Notes: generated by a model from the letters alone, not told the origin. A DNA stretch of 50,187 nucleotides from Actinomycetota bacterium (GCA_036788155.1 DAIQNY010000001.1:1-50187), one strand, 5' to 3'; shown: positions 12,795-22,913, counted from the first letter of the stretch. Program-made: numbers and translations.

Positions 12795-14617
12795 TGCCTC
12801 CCGGGACGCATCGGAGCCAGCGGGACTCCGGGGCCGCGCTCGAAGAGCTGCGTGGCTGGAGTTCCTTCTTGCATCTGGCGAGCGAGCTGAAGCTCTCGCG
12901 GCTCGCTCGCCTCGCCTATCCGTACAGGCGTCGCGGCGCCCTGAGCATCGTGGCGATGGTCGTGGTCACCCTGTCAGGTCTTGCCGGCCCCTATCTGCTG
13001 AGCATCGCCATCGACAGCGGCATCCGGGCCCGCGACCTCGATGTCCTCACCTGGGTCGTGCTCGCCTACGTGGCCGTCTGGCTCGTCAATCTGGCGGCGA
13101 GCTACCTGCAGACGTACCTCACGAGCTGGGTGGGCGAGCATGTGATCTTCGATCTGCGTCGCCAGCTGTTCGCCCACCTCCAGAAGCTCAGTCTCGACTT
13201 CTTCAGCCGTCAGAAGACGGGCTGGATCGTCAGCCGGCTGACCAACGACATCGACGCCCTCGAGCAGCTCGTCACAGACGGTGTGACGACGCTGGTCACC
13301 AACTCGCTCACGTTCATCGGGGCGATCGTCTTCCTCTTCATCCTGGACTGGCGCCTCGCCCTCGCCACACTGACGGTCATGCCGCTGCTGTTCGCCGCGA
13401 CGTTGTGGTTCAGGTCGCGGTCTGCACGCGCCTATGCGGAGGTGCGCAACCGGATCGGCGACGTGAGCGCGCACCTGCAGGAGTCCATCAGCGGCGTGCG
13501 CGTGTTGCAGGCGTTTCGCCGCGAGCAGAGCGACCGTGGGCAACTCGCGGTCGCCAACGCCAGGTATCGCGACGCGAACTACCACACGGTCGTGCAGAGC
13601 GGCCTCTACTTCCCCTTCGTTGAGTTCCTGTCGACTGCGGCCGTCGTGATCGTGCTCTGGTATGGCGGCTCGCTCGTCGACGGTCGCGATCTCGAGATCG
13701 GTGTGCTCGTGGCCTTCATCGCCTACCTCAACAGCTTCTTCGATCCGCTGCAGCAGCTCAGCCAGCTCTACAACACCTTCCAGGCGTCGATGGCCGCCGT
13801 GCAGAAGGTCTACGCGGTGCTGGACACCGACCCGGACATGCTCGACGAGCCGGACGCCGTGGAACTGCCCGACGTGCGCGGCGCGGTGGAACTGCGCGAC
13901 GTCACGTTCGGGTACGACGGGGACAAGCCCGTGCTGCACGGGGTGGACCTGACGATCCCGGCCGGGAAGACCGTCGCGCTCGTCGGCGCCACGGGCGCCG
14001 GCAAGTCGACGGTCGTCAAGCTGCTTGCTCGCTTCTACGATCCTCAGGCGGGCCAGGTGCTCATCGACGGGCACGACCTGCGGCACGTGACGCAGCGCTC
14101 GCTGCGCGAGCAGCTGGCCGTCGTGCCGCAGGAGGCCTTTCTGTTCAGCGGCTCAGTCATGGACAACATCCGCTTCGCCCGCCCCTCGGCGGACGACGAC
14201 GAGGTCAAGCGCGTCGCCCGCATCGTCGGCGTACACGACTTCGTCGAGGGACTGCCGGAAGGCTACGGCACCGAGGTGCAGGAGGGCGGGTCCGGCCTCA
14301 GCACGGGGCAGCGACAGCTGATCAGCTTCGCCCGCGCCCTGCTGGCGGACCCCCGCATCCTGATCCTCGATGAGGCGACCAGCAGCGTGGACGCGGAGAG
14401 CGAGCGCCGCATCGAGCGCGCCATGGAGGTGCTCTTCAGCGGGCGCACAAGCATCATCGTCGCCCACCGCCTGAGCACGGTGCGCTACGCCGACGAGATC
14501 GTCGTAGTGGACGACGGGCGCGTCGCCGAGCGAGGGACGCACGACGAGCTCATGGCCGCCGGCGGCCGCTACGCCGGTCTGTACCGCGACTGGGAGGCCA
14601 CCGGCCTCGCGCTCTGA
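12794..14617 (+). CDS. ABC exporter, fused permease/ATPase half-transporter (subunit 2)
   Basis: 607 aa. Walker A GATGAGKST, signature LSTGQRQLISFARAL, Walker B ILILDEATS. The ATG overlaps the upstream stop (TGATG at 12792-12796). Confidence 0.9.
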   Translation: MPPGTHRSQRDSGAALEELRGWSSFLHLASELKLSRLARLAYPYRRRGALSIVAMVVVTLSGLAGPYLLSIAIDSGIRARDLDVLTWVVLAYVAVWLVNLAASYLQTYLTSWVGEHVIFDLRRQLFAHLQKLSLDFFSRQKTGWIVSRLTNDIDALEQLVTDGVTTLVTNSLTFIGAIVFLFILDWRLALATLTVMPLLFAATLWFRSRSARAYAEVRNRIGDVSAHLQESISGVRVLQAFRREQSDRGQLAVANARYRDANYHTVVQSGLYFPFVEFLSTAAVVIVLWYGGSLVDGRDLEIGVLVAFIAYLNSFFDPLQQLSQLYNTFQASMAAVQKVYAVLDTDPDMLDEPDAVELPDVRGAVELRDVTFGYDGDKPVLHGVDLTIPAGKTVALVGATGAGKSTVVKLLARFYDPQAGQVLIDGHDLRHVTQRSLREQLAVVPQEAFLFSGSVMDNIRFARPSADDDEVKRVARIVGVHDFVEGLPEGYGTEVQEGGSGLSTGQRQLISFARALLADPRILILDEATSSVDAESERRIERAMEVLFSGRTSIIVAHRLSTVRYADEIVVVDDGRVAERGTHDELMAAGGRYAGLYRDWEATGLAL

Positions 14618-14672
14618 GCGGCGCACCGGAGGAGCAGATGTCCGGAGGCCACGGCGCGACCCCGCCGCCGAC

Positions 14673-16688
14673 TCACCTGCCCAGTGGCCTGAACGGCAGA
14701 AAACGGGTCGGCCGCGTGTGGTCGAACCCCGTGAGACTCCGCAGGTGGGCGGCCACCAGGGGCCACGGGATGAAGAACGCCGCCGCCACGACCAGCCCGG
14801 CGGCGACGAGCGCCAGCAGCGGAACCGGGGTACCCGGTTGCTCGGAGCCGGCGACGTGCGCACCCTCCTTGGCGCGCAGCGGCACGCCGCTCACGCCTTC
14901 CTGGCCCTGCACCTCGAAGCCCTCAACGGGCTGTGCAGGGCCGCCGCCGGTCGAGTCGACCGGCACGTCGACGGACTCAGCGACCGTGCTGGATCCGGCG
15001 CCGGCGCCCGAACTCCCCGCGCCGGCGCCCCACGTCCCGGAGCCCGTCCCGGAGCCGTAGCTCCCGGACCCGGTTCCGATTCCCGACCCGCCGGTCCCGC
15101 CCTGTGCGACCGGCGGGTACGTGTATGTCCCTGTCTGACCGGAATTGCCGGTCCCGCCCGCGGCGCCGCCCCCGCCACCTCCGCTCCCTCCGGTCTTCGC
15201 CTTCGTCGACTGGATGCTGACGAAGTCCAGAGTCGGCGTTCGGTCGGGATGCGTACTGCTCAAGGTCACGCGGTAGGCGATGGTCTTGCCTGCGGTGCCT
15301 GGGGGGAAGCCAAACCGGCGGCTGCCGGACTTGAGGACGCAGGGGCGCCAGGCGCCGCCGTCCAGCCTGTAGTCGATGCCGACCCTCGTCCCGGACTGCC
15401 CGTCATCGCCCTTCCACGTCAGACTCACGAACGCCTTCATCACTCCGGGCTGCCCACAGTCGAGTGGCGTCGAGACGGCCTGGGCACGCGCCTCGTACCC
15501 GAGCAGGACAACCTGCCGGAACCCGCCGTCGGCGACCGCCAGCAGCCCGTCGTGTGCGTACACGGCCTGACGAGGGGATGCGGAGTCGGTCGACGTGGCC
15601 CAGGGAGGCCTGCCGAGTGCGTTCATGTCGTAGTGCCGCTCGAGCACGCGGTCACTCGAGACTCTCAGCACTCTGGCGTTGCCGGCGTCGGCGATCAGCG
15701 TGTCGCCGTCGCTCAATCGCCGGGCGAAGCCGGGTTGCCTGAGCTGCCCTGCCCCGGCTCCGGGCTGGTCGGTCTCGCCGTAGTGCCAGACGACCGCCTT
15801 GGTGACCCTGTCGATCTCGATCACCTGGTGCGCGCCCTCGTCGGCCACGAGGATGTTGCCGTTGCCCACCCGCTCCGCGGAGTGTGGCGTGTCGAGCTGC
15901 CCCGATCCGCTCCCCACGCCCCCCGGCGTCCCGTAGGACCACACGATGCTCTGCTCGGTGAAGCCGTTGTCGGGCGCCCCCGCCGCGTACTCGCCGGGGT
16001 ACCGCACCTCGATCACGCGGTCACCGTCGCCGTCGGCGATGACCACCGTACCGCCGTCGGCCTCCGAATACCTGGCGAAGGACGGACCGGCGAGGTGGTT
16101 GACCCCGGTCCCCGGCTCGCCGGTCACGCCGTACTGCCAAACCAGACGTTTCTCCTCGTCGACCGCCCACACGCGGCGAGCAGCGCGGTCGGCGATGAGC
16201 GTCAGCTCGCGCCCGGCTCGCGAGAAGCGCTGGGCGCACACAGGGGTCAGCAGAGCTGCGTCATCGTCAGCCGTATACGACCACACCTCGTGGCCTGCAC
16301 GCGTCGATACTGCCACCATCGGGAGGTCAGGATCGGCGAACAGCAGCTGGCCGCCGTCGAGCGCCTCCACGCTGGCTGCCTGGCAGCTCACGTCGCGGTA
16401 GACCGGTGAGCCTTGTCCGATGCGATGGAGGGCGGTCAGCGCGAGGCGCAGGTCCTGACCGCCATCGTCGTCCTCGACCATCTCGAGATCATCGGGCAGC
16501 GACGCCCACGTGAACGGATGGCCGGCGGTCCCCTGCTTCGTGACCACCGGGACGGCGGCGGCAGGGCCGGACAACGCCGCTCCCAGAGCCACGACGCCGA
16601 GCGCCACCGCGACCGACACGGCCCAGCGCCCGAACCCGGGCCTTCTCGCCGCCCCACACCTCACTCGCGATGGCGCTGCGTCCGTCAT
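14673..16688 (-). CDS. Secreted beta-propeller-like (NHL/PQQ-like repeats) protein with a Gly/Ser/Thr-rich stalk and a C-terminal TM anchor
   Basis: Signal/TM segment WAVSVAVALGVVALGAALSGPAAA. Repeated units of the form L..P..A......G..L(V/I)AD......V(I/L)E(I/V). Low-complexity stretch GGSGGGGGGAAGGTGNSG...GSGTGSGTWGAGAGSSGAGAGSS. C-terminal helix PLLALVAAGLVVAAAFFIPWPL. I prefer ATG 16688 to the TTG 16700 of the track. Confidence 0.65.
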   Translation of the reverse strand: MTDAAPSRVRCGAARRPGFGRWAVSVAVALGVVALGAALSGPAAAVPVVTKQGTAGHPFTWASLPDDLEMVEDDDGGQDLRLALTALHRIGQGSPVYRDVSCQAASVEALDGGQLLFADPDLPMVAVSTRAGHEVWSYTADDDAALLTPVCAQRFSRAGRELTLIADRAARRVWAVDEEKRLVWQYGVTGEPGTGVNHLAGPSFARYSEADGGTVVIADGDGDRVIEVRYPGEYAAGAPDNGFTEQSIVWSYGTPGGVGSGSGQLDTPHSAERVGNGNILVADEGAHQVIEIDRVTKAVVWHYGETDQPGAGAGQLRQPGFARRLSDGDTLIADAGNARVLRVSSDRVLERHYDMNALGRPPWATSTDSASPRQAVYAHDGLLAVADGGFRQVVLLGYEARAQAVSTPLDCGQPGVMKAFVSLTWKGDDGQSGTRVGIDYRLDGGAWRPCVLKSGSRRFGFPPGTAGKTIAYRVTLSSTHPDRTPTLDFVSIQSTKAKTGGSGGGGGGAAGGTGNSGQTGTYTYPPVAQGGTGGSGIGTGSGSYGSGTGSGTWGAGAGSSGAGAGSSTVAESVDVPVDSTGGGPAQPVEGFEVQGQEGVSGVPLRAKEGAHVAGSEQPGTPVPLLALVAAGLVVAAAFFIPWPLVAAHLRSLTGFDHTRPTRFLPFRPLGR

Positions 16689-16692
16689 ACGA

Positions 16693-17691
16693 CTACCCAA
16701 GGGTCGTCGCGGCGCCGGTCTCCCGCGTCACGTACCCTCCAAGGCTCTCGATCTCCTGTCTGAAGGAATCGTCGTCCAGCAGATCCAGCAGGGGAGCGAG
16801 AACCGGACTCTCGTAATGCTCGCGTGGAGTGACGAGGTCGTAGCGCTCCTCGATCAAGGGGACGAAATCGAGCCCATGGGCCTTCGCCGCGGGCAGGATG
16901 CCCAGGGCGACGTCCGCCGCCCCCTCGGCGACTGCTCGAGCAGCTGCGTCGTGGGTCACCACTTCCAGCTCATAGCCCGCTATCCCGACGGGATCGACGT
17001 CGCCGCCGGCCAGCAGTCTATCCAGCCACACCCTGGTACCCGAACCACGATTGCGGTTGATGAGCCGTGCGCCGGCCGTGACGGCCTCAGCCAGGTCCTT
17101 CAGGCCGCGTGGGTTACCGGCGGGGACGATCAGCCCCTGTTGCCGGTGCGCGAGAGTCACGAGCACGAGCGGGCGACCGGGGAACAGCGCCCGCGCATAC
17201 GTCTTGTTGAAGTCGCCGGTCTCCGCGTCGAAGAGGTGGCAGCCGGCCACGTGACCGACCCCATGGCGGAGAGCGATGAGCCCCTCGAGACTTCCCATGG
17301 CCATCGTGATCACGTCCGGCCCTTCGGCTCGCTCCCGCAGACGCTGGGCCAACAGGTCGAGCGCGCGATCGTCGCTGCCCAGGATCACGAGGAGTCCCCG
17401 CTCCCCTTCGTCGGGGAGCACCATGAAGTCGACCGCGTAGGCGCGGGCGGTGGCGCAGTAGAACTTCTCCACGTACCCCCTGGTGGGCCGGGTCTCAACG
17501 AGCTCCACCAGCCCGGCCTGCTCCAGGCTGAGGACGTGATGACGCACCCAGGCGGGGTGGTGCTCCACCGCGGCGCCGAGCTGGGTGAGGGTCGCCGGCC
17601 CCCTCATGAGCAGGCGCAGCAGCCGGAGGCGCTCCTCGTTGGCGAGGACGCGCACGGTGTCGACGGCTCCGATGTGCCTGATTTCTTCCAC
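16693..17691 (-). CDS. ArsR-type winged-HTH regulator fused to a periplasmic-binding-protein-like (oxyanion/ModA-like) domain
   Basis: 332 aa. N-terminus VRVLANEERLRLLRLLMRGPATLTQLGAAVEHHPAWVRHHVLSLEQAGLVE. The C-terminal part has a PBP-like pattern (LINRNRGSGTR ... DVALGI). The stop is 4 nt before the downstream beta-propeller ATG. Confidence 0.7.
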   Translation of the reverse strand: MEEIRHIGAVDTVRVLANEERLRLLRLLMRGPATLTQLGAAVEHHPAWVRHHVLSLEQAGLVELVETRPTRGYVEKFYCATARAYAVDFMVLPDEGERGLLVILGSDDRALDLLAQRLRERAEGPDVITMAMGSLEGLIALRHGVGHVAGCHLFDAETGDFNKTYARALFPGRPLVLVTLAHRQQGLIVPAGNPRGLKDLAEAVTAGARLINRNRGSGTRVWLDRLLAGGDVDPVGIAGYELEVVTHDAAARAVAEGAADVALGILPAAKAHGLDFVPLIEERYDLVTPREHYESPVLAPLLDLLDDDSFRQEIESLGGYVTRETGAATTLG

Positions 17692-17840
17692 GTGACGTTC
17701 CCCCGGGAACAGGCCGAGTCACTGACGCTAAATCCAGCCTTAGCGAAGCTAGCCTCGCAGGGAGCGCAGACGCTGTCAATCATCTGTGCGGGGCCACGCG
17801 CGACCGCGAAGAGCCTCGACAGAGGCCCGCCCTCAGGTTC

Positions 17841-19196
17841 TCAGTTCTCGAGCGCAGCCGCCGCGGTGGGGACGCGCGATCCGCCGCCGAGCGGTCCCAT
17901 GTCTTTGGGGGCGCGAACGTCCTTCCAGGAGAGCTGGAAGACGCTGACGAGGATGGCGGCGCCGGCACTCACCCAGAGCAGCGTGTCCATGCCGACGGCG
18001 TCGGCGAGCGGTCCGGCCAGCGCCAGGCCCGCCGGGTAGAAGGCGAGCGAGCCGAGGTAGTCGTAGCTTGAGACACGCGAGATCATGGCGGGGGCGACGA
18101 CGCGCTGCATGCAGGTGGTCCAGAACGGGTCGTACATGCCCCACTCCACGCCCATGACGGCCAGCGAGACGTAGAGCGTCCACACCGGGGCCCGCAGCGC
18201 CAGCAGCGCGACGGGCGCGGCCGCGAGGCTCATGCCGGCGGCGATCACCAGCATCGGCCGCCGCGGCCGCCAGCGCAGGCTGAGCAGTCCGCCGGCGATC
18301 TGCCCGAGCCCCATCGCCGCCGACGTGAACCCCCAGGTGCGCGCGCCGTCGTAGACGTCGCGCGCAATGATCGGACCGAGGACCTGGATGGGACCTTCGA
18401 TGGCGAAGAGGAAGACGGCCACGCCGGCCACCATGACCCAGAGCCAGGTGTGGCTCGTGAACTCGCGCCAGCCGGCCGTGAGGTCCCGGACGAAGCCGGG
18501 ACCGCCGGTGCGGTCTTCCGCCGACCTGGTCCCCCCGGCCACCGTCTCTTCGCCGGCGAGCGAGGAGCCCTCGGGGTGCGCGGACGGCTCAGGCCGGCCG
18601 CAAAAGGCCGCCGGCCGCAGACGCAGCAGGAAGGCCGCGCTCAGCAGATACGTGAGCCCGTCGATCCCGATGCCCCAGCCCGGTCCAACTGCTGCCACTA
18701 CGAGGCCGGCGAAGACGGCTCCGAGCGTGATCGAACCGCTCATCACGAGGCTCGTGAGCGCGTTTGCCTGCTGCAGGAGCGGCGGGCTCACCACCTGCGG
18801 AACGAGCCCGACGGCGGCCGGCCGGAAGAACGCCTCGCTGATCCCCATCCCGACCTGCAGCAGCGCAAGCTGCCACACCTCGGCAACTCCCGCGATCAGG
18901 ATGGCCGCGGTCGCGCACTGGAGGCCGAATCGCATGAAGTCGGCTACCAGCATGACCTTCTGTCGTGGGAGCCGGTCCGCCCACACACCCCCGATCAGGA
19001 GGAATACCGCCAGGGGTACCAGGTTGGCGGCCTCCACGATGCCGATGTCAGTGGCCGTTCCGCCGATCTCGAGCACCGCGAAGGGGAGGGCGACCACCGT
19101 GAACATCACCCCGATCACGGAGGTCGCCTGTCCCAGGAAGAGTTTGCGGTACTCCGGCTCGCGTAAGGCCGAGAGGTTGTCGGTCAGCTTGCCCAC
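17841..19196 (-). CDS. MFS transporter (EntS/efflux-like)
   Basis: 451 aa with about 12 predicted TM helices. N-terminus YRKLFLGQATSVIGVMF ... GGVWADRLPRQKVM is typical of MFS exporters. Confidence 0.85.
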   Translation of the reverse strand: MGKLTDNLSALREPEYRKLFLGQATSVIGVMFTVVALPFAVLEIGGTATDIGIVEAANLVPLAVFLLIGGVWADRLPRQKVMLVADFMRFGLQCATAAILIAGVAEVWQLALLQVGMGISEAFFRPAAVGLVPQVVSPPLLQQANALTSLVMSGSITLGAVFAGLVVAAVGPGWGIGIDGLTYLLSAAFLLRLRPAAFCGRPEPSAHPEGSSLAGEETVAGGTRSAEDRTGGPGFVRDLTAGWREFTSHTWLWVMVAGVAVFLFAIEGPIQVLGPIIARDVYDGARTWGFTSAAMGLGQIAGGLLSLRWRPRRPMLVIAAGMSLAAAPVALLALRAPVWTLYVSLAVMGVEWGMYDPFWTTCMQRVVAPAMISRVSSYDYLGSLAFYPAGLALAGPLADAVGMDTLLWVSAGAAILVSVFQLSWKDVRAPKDMGPLGGGSRVPTAAAALEN

Positions 19197-19232
19197 CGGT
19201 GCATCCTACTCGTCCGCCCGGCAGGGCTCGCG

Positions 19233-21536
19233 CTACTCGACGCGAGGCAACCAGCCGAGCCGGCGCGGGAGCCACCAGTTCCAGCGCCCGAGCAGACGCA
19301 TCGCCGCCGGTACCATGAGCACACGGATCACGGTCGCATCCAACGCGACCGCGACCGCCAGCCCTACCCCGATTGCCTTCGTCACGATGATGGACGTGAA
19401 GGCGAACGACATCCCGACCACGGCGATGATCAGTGCCGCACTGGTCACGATGCGCCCGGTGCGCGCGAGGCCGACGCCGACCGCGCGCACGTTGTCGTGA
19501 GAGGCGTCCCATTCCTCGCGCATGCGCGACAGCAGGAACACCTCGTAGTCCATGGACACGCCGAAGACCGTGCAGAAGAGCACCACCGGCAGTTCGGCGT
19601 CGATGGCTCCGGTGGCACTGAACCGGAGCAGCCACTCCAGATTGCCCTCCTGAAAGACCCAGACCACGGCGCCGTACCCCGCGAGCAGCGAGCAGACGTT
19701 CATGATCACGGCCTTCACAGGAAGGACGACGCTGCGCAACATCAGCAGGAGCACGAGCCCGGTGACTCCGACGACGATGGCGATGATCCAGGGAAACCTG
19801 GTGCTGACGGCGTCGAGGAAGTCGTAGACCGTGAGTGACGCGCCGGCGACGTACACCGTCGTGCCCGGCGGCCCGCCGGCGTCGAGTATCGCAACCGCCA
19901 GGTCCTGGGCCGCGCCGGACGTGGGCGAGTCCTTGGGCACGACGCGCAGCAGCACCGTGCCGGGCGCCGTGGTCGCGGCTGCGAGCTTGCTCGAAGCAGC
20001 CCGCTGCTCGGCGCCGAGCATGGCCCCGACGATGCCGGACAGACCGGTGGCGGTGGAGACGGCCCCAGGCGCTCTTGGCGAGTCTCCGGCGGAGGCCGTC
20101 TCCCGGACGCTCCGCCAGAAGGCGACGGCCGCCTCGTGAGAGTCCAGTCCGGGCAGCGTGACGATGCTCGTCACGCGGTTCACTCCGGGCAGACGCTCCA
20201 GCGCGCGGCCATAGTCGTACAGGCGTTGCAGATTGTCCGGCGTATAGGGGTCCTGGTCGCCGTCCCATGTGACCAGGACCTCGATCGGCGACAGCGCCGC
20301 CGTGTCGAACCGCTGTCGCAGCATGTCGTAGCCTTGCCGCGCCTCTGAGTCTCGCGGCAGAGTGGACGCGCCGGGGATCTCGGACTCGAGCCGCAGCGCC
20401 GGCCAGGCGAACACGACGACGAGAGCGATCGTGCCGGCCAGCACGGGCACCGGACGCCGCATGACCCAGTCGCTCCAACGACGCCAGAAGGACCCGTCGC
20501 CGCCCGGGCGGCCGAACACGCGCAACGCATTCACGCGCGGCCCGAGCAAGCCGAGGAGCGCGGGCAGGAGGGTCAAGGCGGCGAGGACGCTCACGAGCAC
20601 GACGAGCGCGCCGCCCAGTCCCATCGAGCGCAGCGACATGTACGGGATGACCATCAGCCCGAGCAACCCGACGACGACGGTCACGCCGCTGAAGAAGATG
20701 GAGCGGCCGGCGGTCGCCACGGTGGTCTCGATCGCCGCGGCCACGTCCGCCCCCGCGGCGATCTCCTCCCGGAACCTGCCGACCATGAAGAGCGCGTAGT
20801 CGATGCCCACGGCCAGACCGAGCAGCGTCGCCACGTTCATGGCGAAGACGGAGATGTCGAGCACTTGGGCGACGAGCCAGAAGAGCCCGAGCGTGACCGT
20901 GACTGCCATGCCGCCGGCAACGACGGGAAGGCCGGCGGCCACCAGTGTCCCGAAGATCAGCACGAGCACGAGCATGGCCACAGGGATCGTGTAGCTCTCA
21001 GCCGTGCGCAGGTCGGCCCAGGAGCGCTCCTCGAGCTCTGCGTACACGGCCGGGTCACCGGTCAGCCGCATCGTCAGTCCCGTCGGCGTGAGCACCCGGC
21101 GCAGCGCAGGGATCTGCGCCTGCACCTCCTCGCTCGTCCCGTCGAACTCGAGCACGGCGAACGTGGCTCGACCATCGCGGGAGTAGAAGCTCGCGTCCCC
21201 GGTGCTCCACACCGTGCGCACACCGATGAGGCCCTGCAGAGGGGCGTCTTCGACGCCCGACAGGGCCTCTTCCACCTTATCCTTGAAGAGGGGGCTGCGG
21301 GCCGGGAGAGCCTCACTGCTGAAGACCACGGTCAGGCTGGCCGGCCCGAACCCAAGACGCTCCTGCATCTGGCGCTGTCCCTGCTGTGAGGGCGATGAGG
21401 GGTTCGTGAAACCGCCGGCTGCCAGACTGCCCGTGACGTGCATCGTGGCGACGAGACCGGCGACGCAGGCTACCGACCACAGCACCACGATGAGCCTGCG
21501 GCGGCGGTATGCCACTCGTCCGAGCGCGGCGAACAC
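19233..21536 (-). CDS. MMPL-family (RND superfamily) membrane transporter
   Basis: 767 aa. Duplicated 6-TM modules with two extracytoplasmic loops. Typical MMPL strings: GIDYALFMVGRFREE and GVSMDYEVFLLSRMREE. GTG start with GGGGAGGAG 6 nt upstream. Confidence 0.9.
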   Translation of the reverse strand: MFAALGRVAYRRRRLIVVLWSVACVAGLVATMHVTGSLAAGGFTNPSSPSQQGQRQMQERLGFGPASLTVVFSSEALPARSPLFKDKVEEALSGVEDAPLQGLIGVRTVWSTGDASFYSRDGRATFAVLEFDGTSEEVQAQIPALRRVLTPTGLTMRLTGDPAVYAELEERSWADLRTAESYTIPVAMLVLVLIFGTLVAAGLPVVAGGMAVTVTLGLFWLVAQVLDISVFAMNVATLLGLAVGIDYALFMVGRFREEIAAGADVAAAIETTVATAGRSIFFSGVTVVVGLLGLMVIPYMSLRSMGLGGALVVLVSVLAALTLLPALLGLLGPRVNALRVFGRPGGDGSFWRRWSDWVMRRPVPVLAGTIALVVVFAWPALRLESEIPGASTLPRDSEARQGYDMLRQRFDTAALSPIEVLVTWDGDQDPYTPDNLQRLYDYGRALERLPGVNRVTSIVTLPGLDSHEAAVAFWRSVRETASAGDSPRAPGAVSTATGLSGIVGAMLGAEQRAASSKLAAATTAPGTVLLRVVPKDSPTSGAAQDLAVAILDAGGPPGTTVYVAGASLTVYDFLDAVSTRFPWIIAIVVGVTGLVLLLMLRSVVLPVKAVIMNVCSLLAGYGAVVWVFQEGNLEWLLRFSATGAIDAELPVVLFCTVFGVSMDYEVFLLSRMREEWDASHDNVRAVGVGLARTGRIVTSAALIIAVVGMSFAFTSIIVTKAIGVGLAVAVALDATVIRVLMVPAAMRLLGRWNWWLPRRLGWLPRVE

Positions 21537-21621
21537 CTGTGACTCCTCCCCGAGCAGCGCCGTTCGGACGCTATACTACGCGCAGAGTCGGTGCCCGCCT
21601 CGCGGCGGGTGGTAGGGAAGC

Positions 21622-22059
21622 ATGTCTGATCCATTCGAGCGCACATCCGCCGGTGGCGTCGTCGTCCGCACGGACGGCGGCCTCGAGGTTTGTCTCATCC
21701 GCCCCACCGGACGGTCCGTCTGGGGGCTGCCGAAGGGCGGCATCGAAGAAGGTGAGACACTCGAGCAGACGGCGCTGCGCGAGGTCACCGAAGAGACCGG
21801 GCTCGTCGGCGTCGTGGAGCAGGAACTCGGCAGCATCGACTACTCCTTCTACTCTCGGGAGCAGGGCGGGCGCATCCACAAGACAGTGCACTACTTCCTC
21901 GTGCGCGCGACCGGCGGCGACACCGCGCAGCACGATCACGAGGTGAGCGACGCCCGCTGGGTCCGGCTGCGTCAGGCCCTCAGGCTGATGACGTATCCCA
22001 ACGAGCGGGAGATGGTGCGACGGGCGGCCGAGGCTCTCGGCCGCCCCGTCACCGATTGA
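21622..22059 (+). CDS. NUDIX hydrolase
   Basis: 145 aa. The Nudix box GGIEEGETLEQTALREVTEETGL fits GX5EX7REUXEEXGU. Confidence 0.85.
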   Translation: MSDPFERTSAGGVVVRTDGGLEVCLIRPTGRSVWGLPKGGIEEGETLEQTALREVTEETGLVGVVEQELGSIDYSFYSREQGGRIHKTVHYFLVRATGGDTAQHDHEVSDARWVRLRQALRLMTYPNEREMVRRAAEALGRPVTD

Positions 22060-22067
22060 GCCACGCT

Positions 22068-22913
22068 CTAGGCCCAGGTGAGAGGTCGTCTGGCGCCACG
22101 AGCTTCGTCCAGGCTCCGGCTGAGACCAGCCAGCATCTCGCGGGCGTTCACATCCACGCAGTCGTAGTGCGCCAGCGCCATTGTGAGCTCGTGCGGCACC
22201 GTCCCGAGTCCCGCCGCAGCGAGCTGCTGCCGGATGCGCTCCGCGGCGCCGACGAGACCCCGGCGGCTGATGTCCGGCAGCACCAGGACATACGCGCCCG
22301 CGTCGGTCAGCCCGACGTTGTCGTACCTCCGAAGGTTCTCCCGCAAGCACGTCACGATCTGTTGCGAAACTGCCCGCCGGTGCTTCGCGCGGCGGACGCG
22401 CACATCCTCGAGAGACTCTGGCGCCACCTCGAGGAGCCCAAGCGAGAGGTCCATGCGCCGACAGCGCTCCACCTCCAGCGAGAGGCGCTGGGCGAACTCC
22501 GCCGCTTTGACGGCACCACTGTCGAGATCGAACGGCGACGACTCCTCCGCCAGACGTCTCACCCTGCCGAGGGCCTCCGTGAGCCCATCGGAGAACCCGG
22601 TGGCGACGCGGAGAAGCGCGATGTGCTCCAGCGCGAGCATCCTGCCAACATACTCCTCCGCCTGATCCGACCCCCACGCGCGCATTCTGGCGCGCACGAG
22701 TCCGTCTCCACGCGTGTATGCGTCGAGGAGGCCTCGAACGGGCACGCTTCCGAGGAGGCCGGCGCTCCGTGCGGAGGCTTCGAGTGATGCGAGGAACACA
22801 GCGTCGCTGCCGTTGAGAGCGTCGGGAAGGTGCGGCAGCGCGGACTCCCAGAGCTCCGCGGCCTCCTCGTCGAACAGAAGGTCGGTCGGCACGATGTCTG
22901 GACTGGGATCCAC
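22068..22913 (-). CDS. Hypothetical protein with a degenerate GGDEF-like C-terminal domain
   Basis: The C-terminal ~150 aa are collinear with a GGDEF domain, but TDAGAY replaces the GG(D/E)EF motif (LRRYDNVGLTDAGAYVLVLPDISRRGLVGAAERIRQQL ... LTMALAHYD). Start reassigned to GTG 22913 (AGGGGGA 5 nt upstream), because codons 22994-22914 have low third-position GC. Confidence 0.5.
   Translation of the reverse strand: MDPSPDIVPTDLLFDEEAAELWESALPHLPDALNGSDAVFLASLEASARSAGLLGSVPVRGLLDAYTRGDGLVRARMRAWGSDQAEEYVGRMLALEHIALLRVATGFSDGLTEALGRVRRLAEESSPFDLDSGAVKAAEFAQRLSLEVERCRRMDLSLGLLEVAPESLEDVRVRRAKHRRAVSQQIVTCLRENLRRYDNVGLTDAGAYVLVLPDISRRGLVGAAERIRQQLAAAGLGTVPHELTMALAHYDCVDVNAREMLAGLSRSLDEARGARRPLTWA

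Noticed and set aside
14618-14672. Terminator between the convergent ABC and beta-propeller genes.
   Set aside because: The region contains a direct repeat of CCGGAGG and only a 5-bp potential stem. This is too weak to call.
15020-15230. Gly/Ser/Thr-rich repetitive DNA, and the Pro-rich stretches at 33240-33480 and 35130-35330, as possible tandem repeats or a CRISPR-like array.
   Set aside because: They are in-frame low-complexity linker regions of confident CDSs. They have no regular repeat-spacer periodicity.
21572-21577. TATACT -10-like hexamer upstream of the NUDIX gene, plus the GC hairpin cccgcc-tcgc-ggcggg in its leader.
   Set aside because: It is plausible, but there is no recognisable -35 or extended -10. 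I left it as a note rather than a feature.
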